NCBI RefSeq assembly: GCF_002945325.1
Contig: NZ_CP026606.1
Location: 1,530,001-1,562,000, forward strand
DNA from: Methanococcus maripaludis
GTDB lineage: Archaea > AGJL01 > Methanococci > Methanococcales > Methanococcaceae
Direction of reading: 5' to 3'
Length of the DNA stretch: 32,000 nt
Shown: one piece after another, positions 1-8,711 of the stretch
How positions within the stretch are numbered: position 1 is the stretch's first letter
Layout: every line of letters begins with the position of its first letter
Program-made: the position numbers and the translations under genes
The notes under the pieces: generated by a model
What the model saw: the letters and a program-made list of their open reading frames with translations, nothing else
Told to the model about the DNA's origin: nothing
The model's database searches: none

Positions 1-249
1 TTCTATGGATTCAACACCCACAACTTTGTCCTGTGCTTGAAGGTAAGTTACAAGTCTAAGACATCCTGGTCCCGAACACACGATTCTTTGAATATTTGCG
101 GGAACTTCAACAGTTCTTCCAACCATATCTACAATTTCAACAGTTTTAGCAACTTCGCCTGAAGATTCGGCAGTATTATCAACACAGCCTGAAAAGCTGA
201 GTGCAATCATCAATGAAATCAAGGCTGATAAAACCCCTATTTTTTTCAA
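1..249 (-). CDS. ABC-transporter substrate-binding lipoprotein, iron-siderophore/cobalamin (FecB/BtuF-like) type; N-terminal 83 codons only, gene runs off the window start
   Basis: Minus-strand translation from TTG at 249: MKKIGVLSALISLMIALSFSGCVDNTAESSGEVAKTVEIVDMVGRTVEVPANIQRIVCSGPGCLRLVTYLQAQDKVVGVESIE. Signal peptide with lipobox FSGC; the RIVCSGPG...DKVVGV pattern is typical of the periplasmic-binding-protein family; AGGTGA RBS at 254-259. Absent from the ORF track (partial, TTG start). Confidence 0.6.
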   Translation of the reverse strand, partial: MKKIGVLSALISLMIALSFSGCVDNTAESSGEVAKTVEIVDMVGRTVEVPANIQRIVCSGPGCLRLVTYLQAQDKVVGVESIE

Positions 250-379
250 AATTTCACCTGATATTATCAATGTTTTAAAAATATGATATTTATCATACTT
301 TTAAATTAAATGTAATAATTGATACATAAAATTTTCTATATAATATTAAAAAAATAAGATTCTAAAAAAGATAATAAAT

Positions 380-1471
380 TTAATTAATTTTTTTAGCAAC
401 GATAATAATGTTTGGAAACATTTCTTCCTTAAATTCAGTTAATTCATAAACAGGTTTTGTTTCGAGTACTTCAAACCCTAATTTCTCAAGATATGAAACA
501 TATTCTTCAAAAGTAAGATCCGTTTCAAAAGTATATCTTATACTTCCCTTTCCAGTGCTGTTAAAGCTGTTAAAGTTCCATTCCATGTTATTTAATGTAT
601 CAGGCATATTTTTCGTTAATTTTGGAAATGCCTGTTTTGTAATAAATAATCCTCCCGTATTTAGCGAATTGTATACTTTTTTAGCAACTTTTGGATTTTT
701 TCCGCCAGGGTTGTACGAACTAAAAATTATATCAAAATCTTCTCCGAAATCGTCTTTAAAAAAATTTCCTGCAATTGTATCAACGTTTTTCGCATCGTAT
801 TTTTCTATGAATTTTTTAGTTTCAATTGTAACGTCGGGTAAATCAAAAACAAAAGCATTTAAATTTTCATTCAGCATACCAAGGCTTATTGCGTAGAGCC
901 CGTGGCCTCCTGCAACGTCGAGAAGTTTTTTTGCAGATTTAAATTCCGAAAATTTAGAGATATATTCGACAGTTTTTTGAAGTTCCCAACATTTGCAGTC
1001 GTTTGCCATTCTTTTAATTATTTCTGGGAAAAATGCATTTTCCATGACTTCATTTTTGGAACCGTTCATTATTTCAGACAAATTTGCCCATTTATCAATA
1101 TTTTCAAATGAAGCGGAGATTGAAGGGCTTTTTGAATATACTGAATCCATTTTTAAGTAATTATCACTTGCAAATGTGTTGATGTAATGGGTTTCGCCAT
1201 TTTTTGATGCTATTGAAATAATTCCAAGTTCATAGAGTGCTTTTAACATTAATTCAGTTAAAACAGGATCCAAGTCCAAAATCGATGATAAATCTTTGGA
1301 AGTTTTTGAATCAGAAAGGTAATCAAATATTTTTAATTCAATTGCAGTTTTTAGTAAATAAAATTTTTGGGCTCCAAAATAAGTTTCAAGCATTATTTTA
1401 TCAATTTTTTCAGGACTTTCGGCAGGAAGTGGAAATGAATTTTGGTATTTTTTGGCATTCAAAATAATCAC
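380..1471 (-). CDS. SAM-dependent O-methyltransferase (family 2) with N-terminal dimerisation/winged-helix-like domain
   Basis: 363-aa ORF; glycine-rich SAM motif LLDVAGGHGLYAISL followed by FDLPDV and DIIFSSY, typical of the class I O-methyltransferase 2 family. Start uncertain: GTG 1471 lies inside a GGGTGA RBS-like element, so TTG at 1462 may be the real start. Confidence 0.6.
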   Translation of the reverse strand: MIILNAKKYQNSFPLPAESPEKIDKIMLETYFGAQKFYLLKTAIELKIFDYLSDSKTSKDLSSILDLDPVLTELMLKALYELGIISIASKNGETHYINTFASDNYLKMDSVYSKSPSISASFENIDKWANLSEIMNGSKNEVMENAFFPEIIKRMANDCKCWELQKTVEYISKFSEFKSAKKLLDVAGGHGLYAISLGMLNENLNAFVFDLPDVTIETKKFIEKYDAKNVDTIAGNFFKDDFGEDFDIIFSSYNPGGKNPKVAKKVYNSLNTGGLFITKQAFPKLTKNMPDTLNNMEWNFNSFNSTGKGSIRYTFETDLTFEEYVSYLEKLGFEVLETKPVYELTEFKEEMFPNIIIVAKKIN

Positions 1472-1602
1472 CCGTTTTGAAAATATTTTTTAAAACTAAT
1501 TTAAAACAACTTATATAAATATTCATATTATTTTTATAAAAATCATACTTAACAATATATTTAAATTATTAAATATATGTTTAGTTAAAAAATAAAAAAG
1601 AA

Positions 1603-2256
1603 TTATTCTTTTAAATCAGTATAACAGAACCACCAGTCGTAACCTTCAAGTTCTCCACTTTTACGGGCTTCAAGTCGTTTTTTTCGAGATTCCATGTCTT
1701 TTGCAGGAGGTACAATTACTTTTTCATTTAAAAAGTCATTATTTGGCCAGTTTGCAGGTGTTGCATAGCCTTTATCTGCAGTTTGAAGTGCTTTTACAAG
1801 CCTTACAATTTCATCCATATTTCTACCAACTTCCTGAGGGTAGTAAATTATTGCACGGATTGTTCCCGTAGCATCAACTACAAATACGGCCCTAACCGTA
1901 TTATTTCCTTTATAAGGGCTTATCATTCCAAGTTTTACTGCTAACTCTCCCCTATCATCAGCAATTATTGGAAATTCTATGTCAACATCTAATTTTTCTT
2001 TTATCCATTCTACCCATTTTATATGGCTGAATACCTGATCGATACTCAAACCAATTAATTCAGTATTCAATTCTCTGAACTGATCGTATCTTTTTTGAAA
2101 TGCAACAAACTCTGTAGTACACACTGGCGTGAAGTCTCCAGGGTGGCTGAATAAAACAAACCATTTTCCGGATTCGATATAATGTTCCGGTAATTTTAGC
2201 TTTCCATGGGTGGTTATAACTTCAACATCAGGAAATTTTTCTCCGATTACTACCAA
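1603..2256 (-). CDS. Peroxiredoxin (AhpC/TSA family, archaeal Prx6-like)
   Basis: 217 aa; peroxidatic-Cys motif [14 protein letters not shown]; N-terminus [12 protein letters not shown] typical of archaeal Prx; TTG start at 2256 preceded by GAGGGGA RBS. Confidence 0.9.
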   Translation of the reverse strand: MVVIGEKFPDVEVITTHGKLKLPEHYIESGKWFVLFSHPGDFTPVCTTEFVAFQKRYDQFRELNTELIGLSIDQVFSHIKWVEWIKEKLDVDIEFPIIADDRGELAVKLGMISPYKGNNTVRAVFVVDATGTIRAIIYYPQEVGRNMDEIVRLVKALQTADKGYATPANWPNNDFLNEKVIVPPAKDMESRKKRLEARKSGELEGYDWWFCYTDLKE

Positions 2257-2476
2257 ATTATCCCCTCAAGATTTTTTTAATGTACATATAAATTTCGTTA
2301 TTTTGGAAATATATAAGTTTTGGCTGGTTTTTAAAAATAAATTTTAGTTTGAAATTTGATTAAAACGAAATCACATTTTTAGAATAATTGGGGGATTTAT
2401 ATATCTCAAAAATAATATTTTTTAATATCAAAAAATATTCAAAAAGCTATTTTTTCAAGTTCATTGAGGAAAATTT

Positions 2477-3286
2477 ATGGCACCTCTAACTTCTTATAAT
2501 CCCGTATTTCTTGCGTTATTAGCAACCATATTCACGTGGTTAGTAACTGCACTTGGAGCATCTTTAGTTTATCTTACTAAAACTGTTAATCGAAAACTTC
2601 TTGATATTTCACTCGGGTTTGCTGCAGGAATCATGATTGCGGCAAGTTTTTGGTCTTTGCTTGCCCCAGCAATCGAACTTTCAAGCAGTATGAATAATTT
2701 ATCATGGTTTCCAGCAAGTTTTGGCTTTTTAATTGGTGCATTTTTCCTTGCAGGAATTGATAAGATAGTTCCGCATCTTCATATGGGCCAGCCCCTAAAA
2801 GAAGCAGAAGGTCCAAAAACAACGTGGCATAAAAATCGACTTCTTTTGATGGCTGTAACAATCCATAATATCCCAGAAGGCCTTGCTGTGGGAATTGCAT
2901 TTGGTGCACTTGCTTTAAACATGTCTGTGGATTCATTAATGGCGGCAATTGTTCTTGCATTGGGTATTGGGATCCAAAATTTTCCGGAAGGAATTGCAGT
3001 TAGTTTTCCACTAAGAGGTGAGGGGCTGTCAAAAAATAAAAGTTTTTTTTACGGGCAACTCTCTGCAATTGTAGAACCTATTACGGGTGTTTTAGGGGCA
3101 TTTTTAGTCACTATTTTTACACCCCTGCTCCCGTATGCACTTAGTTTTGCTGCTGGAGCCATGATGTTTGTTGTAATTGAGGATATAATTCCAGAATGCC
3201 AACGTGAAGGAAACATTGACAGTGCCACAATAGCCGCAATTTTTGGTTTTATAGTAATGATGATTTTAGATGTGGCTTTGGGATAA
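2477..3286 (+). CDS. ZIP-family divalent metal (zinc) transporter
   Basis: 269 aa polytopic membrane protein with two ZIP signature motifs, HNIPEGLAVG and QNFPEGIAVS; GAGGA RBS upstream. Confidence 0.85.
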   Translation: MAPLTSYNPVFLALLATIFTWLVTALGASLVYLTKTVNRKLLDISLGFAAGIMIAASFWSLLAPAIELSSSMNNLSWFPASFGFLIGAFFLAGIDKIVPHLHMGQPLKEAEGPKTTWHKNRLLLMAVTIHNIPEGLAVGIAFGALALNMSVDSLMAAIVLALGIGIQNFPEGIAVSFPLRGEGLSKNKSFFYGQLSAIVEPITGVLGAFLVTIFTPLLPYALSFAAGAMMFVVIEDIIPECQREGNIDSATIAAIFGFIVMMILDVALG

Positions 3287-3408
3287 AACATAAAACTTGT
3301 TTAAAACCTTTAAAATTTAATTTTAACATTTAATCGTCCCCATATTCTTTTTTGCATGGTAAAATATATTAGTTTCTAAAAAATAAATATTATATGGGGG
3401 TGAATAGT

Positions 3409-3960
3409 ATGGCAAAAGTATCTCGTGAAATGGTAGAAAATTCTGGCATTAATGTAGATGAACTGGTTGAACTTTTGGTTAAAAATGCAGCTGCCGAATT
3501 AACCACATTTTACTACTATACAATATTGAGAATTAATTTAATAGGGTTAGAGGGGGAATGCCTTAAAGAAATTGCAGAAACTGCTAGAATAGAAGATAGA
3601 AATCATTTTGAAGCGCTGGTTCCAAGAATATACGAATTAGGAGGATCGCTTCCAAAAGATATGAAAGATTTTCATGATATATCGGGCTGTCCACCTGCAT
3701 ATTTGCCAGATGATGTTACAGATATCAATAAACTGATGAAAGTTTTATTACAGGCAGAACAGTGTGCAGTTAAGCAGTACACAAAAATTTGCAATATGAC
3801 TGCAGGAAAAGATCACAGAACCTATGATCTTGCTCTAGCCATATTAAATGAAGAAATTCAGCATGAATCATGGTTTTCAGAATTTTTAGGTGATGGGCCA
3901 TCGGGACACTTCCTTAGACAAGGAAAAACGTCGCCATTCGTCTCTAAATTTTTAGAATAA
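3409..3960 (+). CDS. Dps-like (DPSL) ferritin-superfamily di-iron protein
   Basis: Ferritin-like four-helix pattern with paired E...ExxH motifs (EIAETARIEDRNHF and LNEEIQHESW) and conserved Cys pair (EQCAVKQYTKIC). GGGGGTGA RBS 5 nt before ATG 3409; the track start at 3394 is probably an upstream extension. Confidence 0.7.
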   Translation: MAKVSREMVENSGINVDELVELLVKNAAAELTTFYYYTILRINLIGLEGECLKEIAETARIEDRNHFEALVPRIYELGGSLPKDMKDFHDISGCPPAYLPDDVTDINKLMKVLLQAEQCAVKQYTKICNMTAGKDHRTYDLALAILNEEIQHESWFSEFLGDGPSGHFLRQGKTSPFVSKFLE

Positions 3961-3988
3961 CATAATTAAATATTATTTTTAAATAATT

Positions 3989-4603
3989 TTACATTTTCAT
4001 CTTAAATATTCCATAAAGTACATACAAAACTGCACAGATTGCAAGTGGTTCAATAACTCCAAACATTGAAAGAATTATGGAAATGCCAAAAACCACTAAA
4101 AGAGGTTTTTTCGGGTATTTTGGATAGTTAATATCACTTATCATAAGAATTCCTGAAATTACTGCAATGATTGAAACAACATATCCTGAACCAAAGCCAT
4201 ATTTTAAAGACATCTGGGTTAAGATGCATAAGAATAATGCGGCAGCAGGAATTGGGAGCCCTATAAAGTGTTTCACGTCCAATATTCCAAATCTTGCAAG
4301 CCTTAATGCACCGCCGATTAAGAATATAATTGATCCAATAATAGAAACGGTCGAATCAAAGTAATAATAAATTAAATACGCTGGAGCAACTCCAAAACTT
4401 ACAACATCGCAAATACTATCAAGTTCCGCACCAAATTCGGAGACCGTGTTTGTTTTTCTTGCAACAATTCCATCAAGAGCATCAAATACTATTGAAAGGT
4501 AAACAAAACGAAAATCGTGAAGCAGTATTGCGAGCATTCCAAAAATAATGTTTATAACAGTTACATAATCTGAAATCGTGATTATGTTTCTAATTTTGAA
4601 CAT
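3989..4603 (-). CDS. pssA: CDP-alcohol phosphatidyltransferase (archaetidylserine synthase-like)
   Basis: 204 aa membrane protein with the CDP-alcohol phosphatidyltransferase motif DALDGIVARKTNTVSEFGAELDSICDVV (D-G-x2-A-R-x8-G-x3-D-x3-D). Confidence 0.75.
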   Translation of the reverse strand: MFKIRNIITISDYVTVINIIFGMLAILLHDFRFVYLSIVFDALDGIVARKTNTVSEFGAELDSICDVVSFGVAPAYLIYYYFDSTVSIIGSIIFLIGGALRLARFGILDVKHFIGLPIPAAALFLCILTQMSLKYGFGSGYVVSIIAVISGILMISDINYPKYPKKPLLVVFGISIILSMFGVIEPLAICAVLYVLYGIFKMKM

Positions 4604-4614
4604 GTTTATCGCCG

Positions 4615-5307
4615 TTAAATTAGTTTTTGAATTAATAATTTAAAGAGAATTTTAAATCCTGTAATGACGTTTGTTCCTCTCGCCATTGAATATTCTGTAT
4701 ATATCGTTTTTATCGGTACTTCTTTAAATTTTAAGTTATTCTTTTTAAAAAGTACTATAAATTCAGAAGATACTTCGTACCTATTGCTTTTAAGCTGTTT
4801 TGAAACGATTTCTGCCGCATCATGTGTAAAAGCCCGAAGTCCGCCCTGACTGTCAGTGACCATTTGTCCGCCCATTAAATAGGTTATAAAATTTAAACCC
4901 CAGTTTCCTATTTTTTTTATCAGGGGCATATTTTTTAATTCATTTTCATCAATAAGCCTGCTTCCAACGACAACATCAAAATTATCTTCAAGTAGTGGCT
5001 CTGAAACTTTGATAATGTCTTCAGGGTCGTGCTGTCCATCTGCATCAAATGTTACGATTACTTTTGGATTATACTTTACTGCACATTTTAATCCGGTTTT
5101 CAGTGCACCGCCAAGCCCTCTATTAATAATATGCTTACAGACAATTATTTCTTCTGAGATTGCAAGTTTTGACGTGTTGTCCCTACTTCCATCGTCAACT
5201 ACGATGATATTTTCATAACCGTGACTTTTTAAGTTGATTAATGTATTTTTAATCATTTTTTCTTCATTATATGCCGGAATTACAACAAAAATATCATTTT
5301 TTTCCAT
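4615..5307 (-). CDS. Family 2 glycosyltransferase (dolichyl-phosphate sugar synthase-like)
   Basis: 230 aa; GT2 N-terminus VVIPAYNEE, then VVDDGSRDNT and FDADGQH (DxD-type) motifs. 11 nt upstream of pssA-like gene on the same strand. Confidence 0.8.
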   Translation of the reverse strand: MEKNDIFVVIPAYNEEKMIKNTLINLKSHGYENIIVVDDGSRDNTSKLAISEEIIVCKHIINRGLGGALKTGLKCAVKYNPKVIVTFDADGQHDPEDIIKVSEPLLEDNFDVVVGSRLIDENELKNMPLIKKIGNWGLNFITYLMGGQMVTDSQGGLRAFTHDAAEIVSKQLKSNRYEVSSEFIVLFKKNNLKFKEVPIKTIYTEYSMARGTNVITGFKILFKLLIQKLI

Positions 5308-5456
5308 ACTATCCCAAAATCGCTCGAATATTTAAATTTTAAATATTAGCTATATTTAAGCCCGTCATATATAAAAAAACTTATTATATAAAAAACGCTT
5401 GTTTGTAAATTTTTTATTAATTCTTTAAATATTTAAAAAAGTAAAAAACATGGATT

Positions 5457-6692
5457 TTACATCGCATTTTCGAGTGTCATATCCATCATTTCTTTAACGG
5501 ATTTTGCAAGTTCTGGTGGAAGGCCCGATATGTCGACACTTAAAAATCCTTTAATGATTAAAGAAGATGCTTCGTCTTCGCTCAATCCTCTTGACATTAA
5601 GTATTGGATTTGGTCTTCTGCGATTTTGCCAACTGCAGCTTCGTGTGACAATTCAAGGTCTGTTTTTTCAGCTTCAAGTTCCGGAACTGCTAAAATATGT
5701 CCGTCATTTGATAAAATCAAACCCCTACATTCGAGGTGGCCTTTAACGTTTGACTCTGCACCTATGAGGTGACCTCTTGAGATAACTTTTGCATCATCAA
5801 CTACGATAACTCTTGAAATCATGTCGGCAGCTGAATTTTCGCCTGAAAGGATTACTCTTGAACCCATATCTAAGTTTGAACTTCCTTTTCCGTATACTAT
5901 TGTCTGGAAAGTTGCTTTAGCATTTTTTCCTTCACAGTATGCGGTAGGGTAGCTTTGGATTGATTTTACAGGCATCATTGTAACGTAATTGTTTATAAAT
6001 ATGGAATCGTCGTCCATTTTTATTGCAGTTCTTGGCCTTACGTGTACATTTTCTCCCCAATTGTGAATCATCGTAAAGGTAAGTTTTGCATTTTTTTCAA
6101 GGTATATCTCAGAAACTCCGAGGTGAAGCCCTGATTTAACGTGAGGGGATGTAGTACATCCAGTAATTACGTTTAATTCTGCTCCTTCTTCCACGATAAT
6201 AATGTTATGAACGTTTTGAGATACTTCTTCACTACCTATTAAAAGGCATGTCTGAAGAGGGATTGTTTTTTTAACCCCTTTTGGAGCTCGAATAAAATAT
6301 CCTTCTGTAAGTTCTTTTGCAACTCTTGCGCCGTATTTGTCGCTCATCTGAACTGCGTTCCAGTAGTAGTCGTCAAGTTCGAATTTTTCAAGAGCTTCAG
6401 TAATCGGCATAAGTATAATATCCGAATACATTTTCGAGTATATTGCATCACTGTTTACCTGAACGTAAGATCCAACAGTGCTTTTTTCTTCAATGTCCAC
6501 TCCAACATTTGCAAGAGCTTGTTTATGATCTTCGTTTAAGTCCTTTAATGATTCCACTTTCAAAAGGTTTTCTTTTGGTGTAGGATACATGCTTAAGTCA
6601 ATATCTTCTCCAAATTTTGCAGGAACGTCCTTATATTTTTCAGCCATTTCCCTTACTTGTTGCAGCTTTTTTTCTGACAGCATGAAACACAC
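5457..6692 (-). CDS. sufB: Fe-S cluster assembly scaffold SufB/SufD family
   Basis: 411 aa; beta-helix core and C-terminal region ([23 protein letters not shown]) characteristic of SufB/SufD. Start ambiguous: ATG 6692 or 6683 overlaps sufC by 40 or 31 nt; ATG 6647 lies 5 nt after the sufC stop. Confidence 0.85.
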   Translation of the reverse strand: MCFMLSEKKLQQVREMAEKYKDVPAKFGEDIDLSMYPTPKENLLKVESLKDLNEDHKQALANVGVDIEEKSTVGSYVQVNSDAIYSKMYSDIILMPITEALEKFELDDYYWNAVQMSDKYGARVAKELTEGYFIRAPKGVKKTIPLQTCLLIGSEEVSQNVHNIIIVEEGAELNVITGCTTSPHVKSGLHLGVSEIYLEKNAKLTFTMIHNWGENVHVRPRTAIKMDDDSIFINNYVTMMPVKSIQSYPTAYCEGKNAKATFQTIVYGKGSSNLDMGSRVILSGENSAADMISRVIVVDDAKVISRGHLIGAESNVKGHLECRGLILSNDGHILAVPELEAEKTDLELSHEAAVGKIAEDQIQYLMSRGLSEDEASSLIIKGFLSVDISGLPPELAKSVKEMMDMTLENAM

Positions 6693-7399
6693 CTCTGGTA
6701 TCCATTTTTAATAATTTCATTTAAAATTTCGTCAGGGGTTCCTGAACAGGCAATTACTCCATCCAATAGCACATGAGCCTTATCAACTTCCATGAAATTT
6801 AAGATATATCCAAGGTGAGTTATGATAAGTCCGGATTTATTTCGTTCACTTGGTTTTCTGTCTTTATCAAGCAGATGGTTAATGATTCCACCGAGCAGTT
6901 CTACGTTTTCAACGTCAACACCGCTATCTGGTTCATCAAACATCACAAGATCAGGGTTTTGTGCAAAAATCTGTAATAATTCAGATCTTTTAACTTCTCC
7001 GCCTGAAAAACCAACGTTTAAGTCTCTTTGGTAGAAGTGCCTGATGTTTAATCTTTTAGCCATTTCTTCCATTTCTTCGTCACTTCTTTTTGAAATGGCG
7101 TTTATCATCGTTTCAAGCCTTACGCCAGAAATTGCAGGTGGTGACTGGTAAGAAATACCAATTCCAAGTTGTGCTCGTTCATGCATTGGCATGTCAGTTA
7201 TATCTTTTCCTTTAAAGTAAATATTTCCCCTTACAACTTCGTATTTGGGGTTTCCGAGGATTGTGTTGAGCAATGTGGATTTTCCTGCTCCATTAGGTCC
7301 AAATAAAACATGACTTTCTCCTTTTTCGATATAAAGGTGGATATCTTTTAAAATTTCTTTGTCACCCACCTTAACCGATAAGTCTTCGATCTGTAGCAT
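6653..7399 (-). CDS. sufC: Fe-S cluster assembly ATPase SufC
   Basis: 248 aa ABC ATPase: Walker [10 protein letters not shown], signature [10 protein letters not shown], Walker [14 protein letters not shown]-loop ITH. Its ATG directly abuts the upstream stop. Confidence 0.9.
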   Translation of the reverse strand: MLQIEDLSVKVGDKEILKDIHLYIEKGESHVLFGPNGAGKSTLLNTILGNPKYEVVRGNIYFKGKDITDMPMHERAQLGIGISYQSPPAISGVRLETMINAISKRSDEEMEEMAKRLNIRHFYQRDLNVGFSGGEVKRSELLQIFAQNPDLVMFDEPDSGVDVENVELLGGIINHLLDKDRKPSERNKSGLIITHLGYILNFMEVDKAHVLLDGVIACSGTPDEILNEIIKNGYQRCVSCCQKKSCNK

Positions 7400-7954
7400 T
7401 TAATCACCTTTAATATGTTTCAAAAGTACTTCTCTAATATCATCCACATTTTCTAATATCGTAATGCTCTGCATTTTCTTAAGAATATTAACATTTTCTA
7501 CATCTGTATCTCTGATATATAGTTTTAGCGTTTTGCCTCCTGGAAGAATTGTTTCTATTTCTTCTTTTTTGTTATCTGGAGGATAGATGTATGTTGGAAC
7601 CATCGCTTTTGCCCCTTGTGCAACGGAATTTGTAATCAACGTGTCCGCAACCCCGTGTGCTATTTTTGCAACACTATTTGCAGTTACTGGTGCAACTAAA
7701 AATAAATCGTATTTTCCAGTCTGCAACATTCCTGGTAAGAATGGAGCATTTGAATTTACTTCTTTTCGGATATTATAGAATGTATCTTTTAATTTACCCA
7801 TCAATTTATACCAGTTAAGTACCATTTCAGCACTTTTTGAGTAGTAAATATCTACATCTAAATCTTCATATTCATTTTTTAATTCAACGATCATATCAAC
7901 TATTTCTTCGATTTTATCGCCGCAACCCGTAATGCCCCAAGCTATTTTAACCAT
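7400..7954 (-). CDS. Flavoprotein of the archaeoflavoprotein (AfpA)/PF02441 family
   Basis: 184 aa; N-terminal KIAWGITGCGDK and later VAPVTANSVAKIAHGVADTLITN resemble the FMN-binding flavoprotein fold of AfpA/HFCD-type proteins. RBS GGAGGGTGA lies in the 3' end of the upstream gene. Confidence 0.6.
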   Translation of the reverse strand: MVKIAWGITGCGDKIEEIVDMIVELKNEYEDLDVDIYYSKSAEMVLNWYKLMGKLKDTFYNIRKEVNSNAPFLPGMLQTGKYDLFLVAPVTANSVAKIAHGVADTLITNSVAQGAKAMVPTYIYPPDNKKEEIETILPGGKTLKLYIRDTDVENVNILKKMQSITILENVDDIREVLLKHIKGD

Positions 7955-7956
7955 TT

Positions 7957-8550
7957 TTACTCACCCTCCTCATTTAAACAATTATAAAATTTTTTAAGAG
8001 TTCTTTTAAGGGTCCTGATTCCTTCCACGTCTTCTTCGACTCCCTTTTTACCGTTATCTTGGGACCAGAATGTAGCGCCCAAGTTAGAACCAAAAGAACC
8101 TCCACTTATTGGAATTACTCCATTTAATATGTAAAAGTCATGAATGGTTTTTAATACAACTTCTTGACCGCCATTTCTATCCCCTCCAACGGATAGGGCC
8201 ATTCCATATTTATTCCTTAACACATCTATGTCCTCTGCAAATATTGCCCTGCATCTATCCATTATGGTTTTTAACTGTCCAGAAACAGTTCCATTATAAC
8301 AAGGACTTCCCAGTATAACTGCATCAGCCCATTTTAGACCATTGTAGATTTCCTGCATACTATCTTTATGAACGCAACCTTCTTTAGTTCTAACGCAGTA
8401 ATCGCAGTGTATGCAAAATTCAATCTTTTTTTGAAAAACTGAAATATATTTAGTTTCAAATCCTTTTTCTTTTAAATAATCAAGTGCATAATTTACAGCA
8501 AAATGGGTTCCTTCTTTTCTTGGACTTCCGGATATTCCTAGGATTTTCAT
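7957..8550 (-). CDS. Iron-sulfur flavoprotein (Isf-like, NADPH-dependent FMN reductase fold)
   Basis: MKILGISGSPRKEGT flavodoxin-like N-terminus plus compact Cys cluster CIHCDYCVRTKEGC typical of methanogen Isf. AGGTG RBS before ATG 8550; the track start at 8565 is probably an extension. Confidence 0.65.
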   Translation of the reverse strand: MKILGISGSPRKEGTHFAVNYALDYLKEKGFETKYISVFQKKIEFCIHCDYCVRTKEGCVHKDSMQEIYNGLKWADAVILGSPCYNGTVSGQLKTIMDRCRAIFAEDIDVLRNKYGMALSVGGDRNGGQEVVLKTIHDFYILNGVIPISGGSFGSNLGATFWSQDNGKKGVEEDVEGIRTLKRTLKKFYNCLNEEGE

Positions 8551-8711
8551 AAAAACACCTATCAATTCAGAAATTTACGATAATATAATTATAAGAATTT
8601 AAATCCATATAAGTTAATATATTTATATATAATTTATCTTTTTTGGTATGCTCTGAGTTTAAAATGAAAAATTACGACATTTTTGAACGTTAATGTATAT
8701 ATTTTAAGATA

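Noticed and set aside
555-1467. Plus-strand ORFs 555-896, 902-1111 and 1237-1467, antisense to the O-methyltransferase gene
   Set aside because: Low-complexity, Phe/Lys/Ser-rich translations with no RBS, lying entirely within a well-supported gene on the other strand. They are typical shadow ORFs of AT-rich DNA. The same reasoning applies to the other antisense ORFs in the track (e.g. 2631-2960, 3049-3291, 4167-4364, 9643-9858, 11767-12210, 17929-18189, 18251-18490, 18649-18963, 18912-19118, 20724-20939, 23792-24055, 26445-26756, 30016-30294, 30650-31063, 31278-31520).
2414-2439. Perfect 10-bp inverted repeat AATATTTTTT-N6-AAAAAATATT upstream of the ZIP transporter gene
   Set aside because: It is composed only of A/T in a region that is more than 80 percent AT. 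Such palindromes are expected by chance, and no second copy or known metal-regulator consensus is recognisable. It could still be an operator, but the sequence alone does not support a call.
6653-6692. 40-nt sufC/sufB overlap as a possible recoding or fusion signal
   Set aside because: The overlap depends on choosing the longest ORF. An alternative ATG at 6647, 5 nt after the sufC stop, removes it. This is ordinary start-codon ambiguity.
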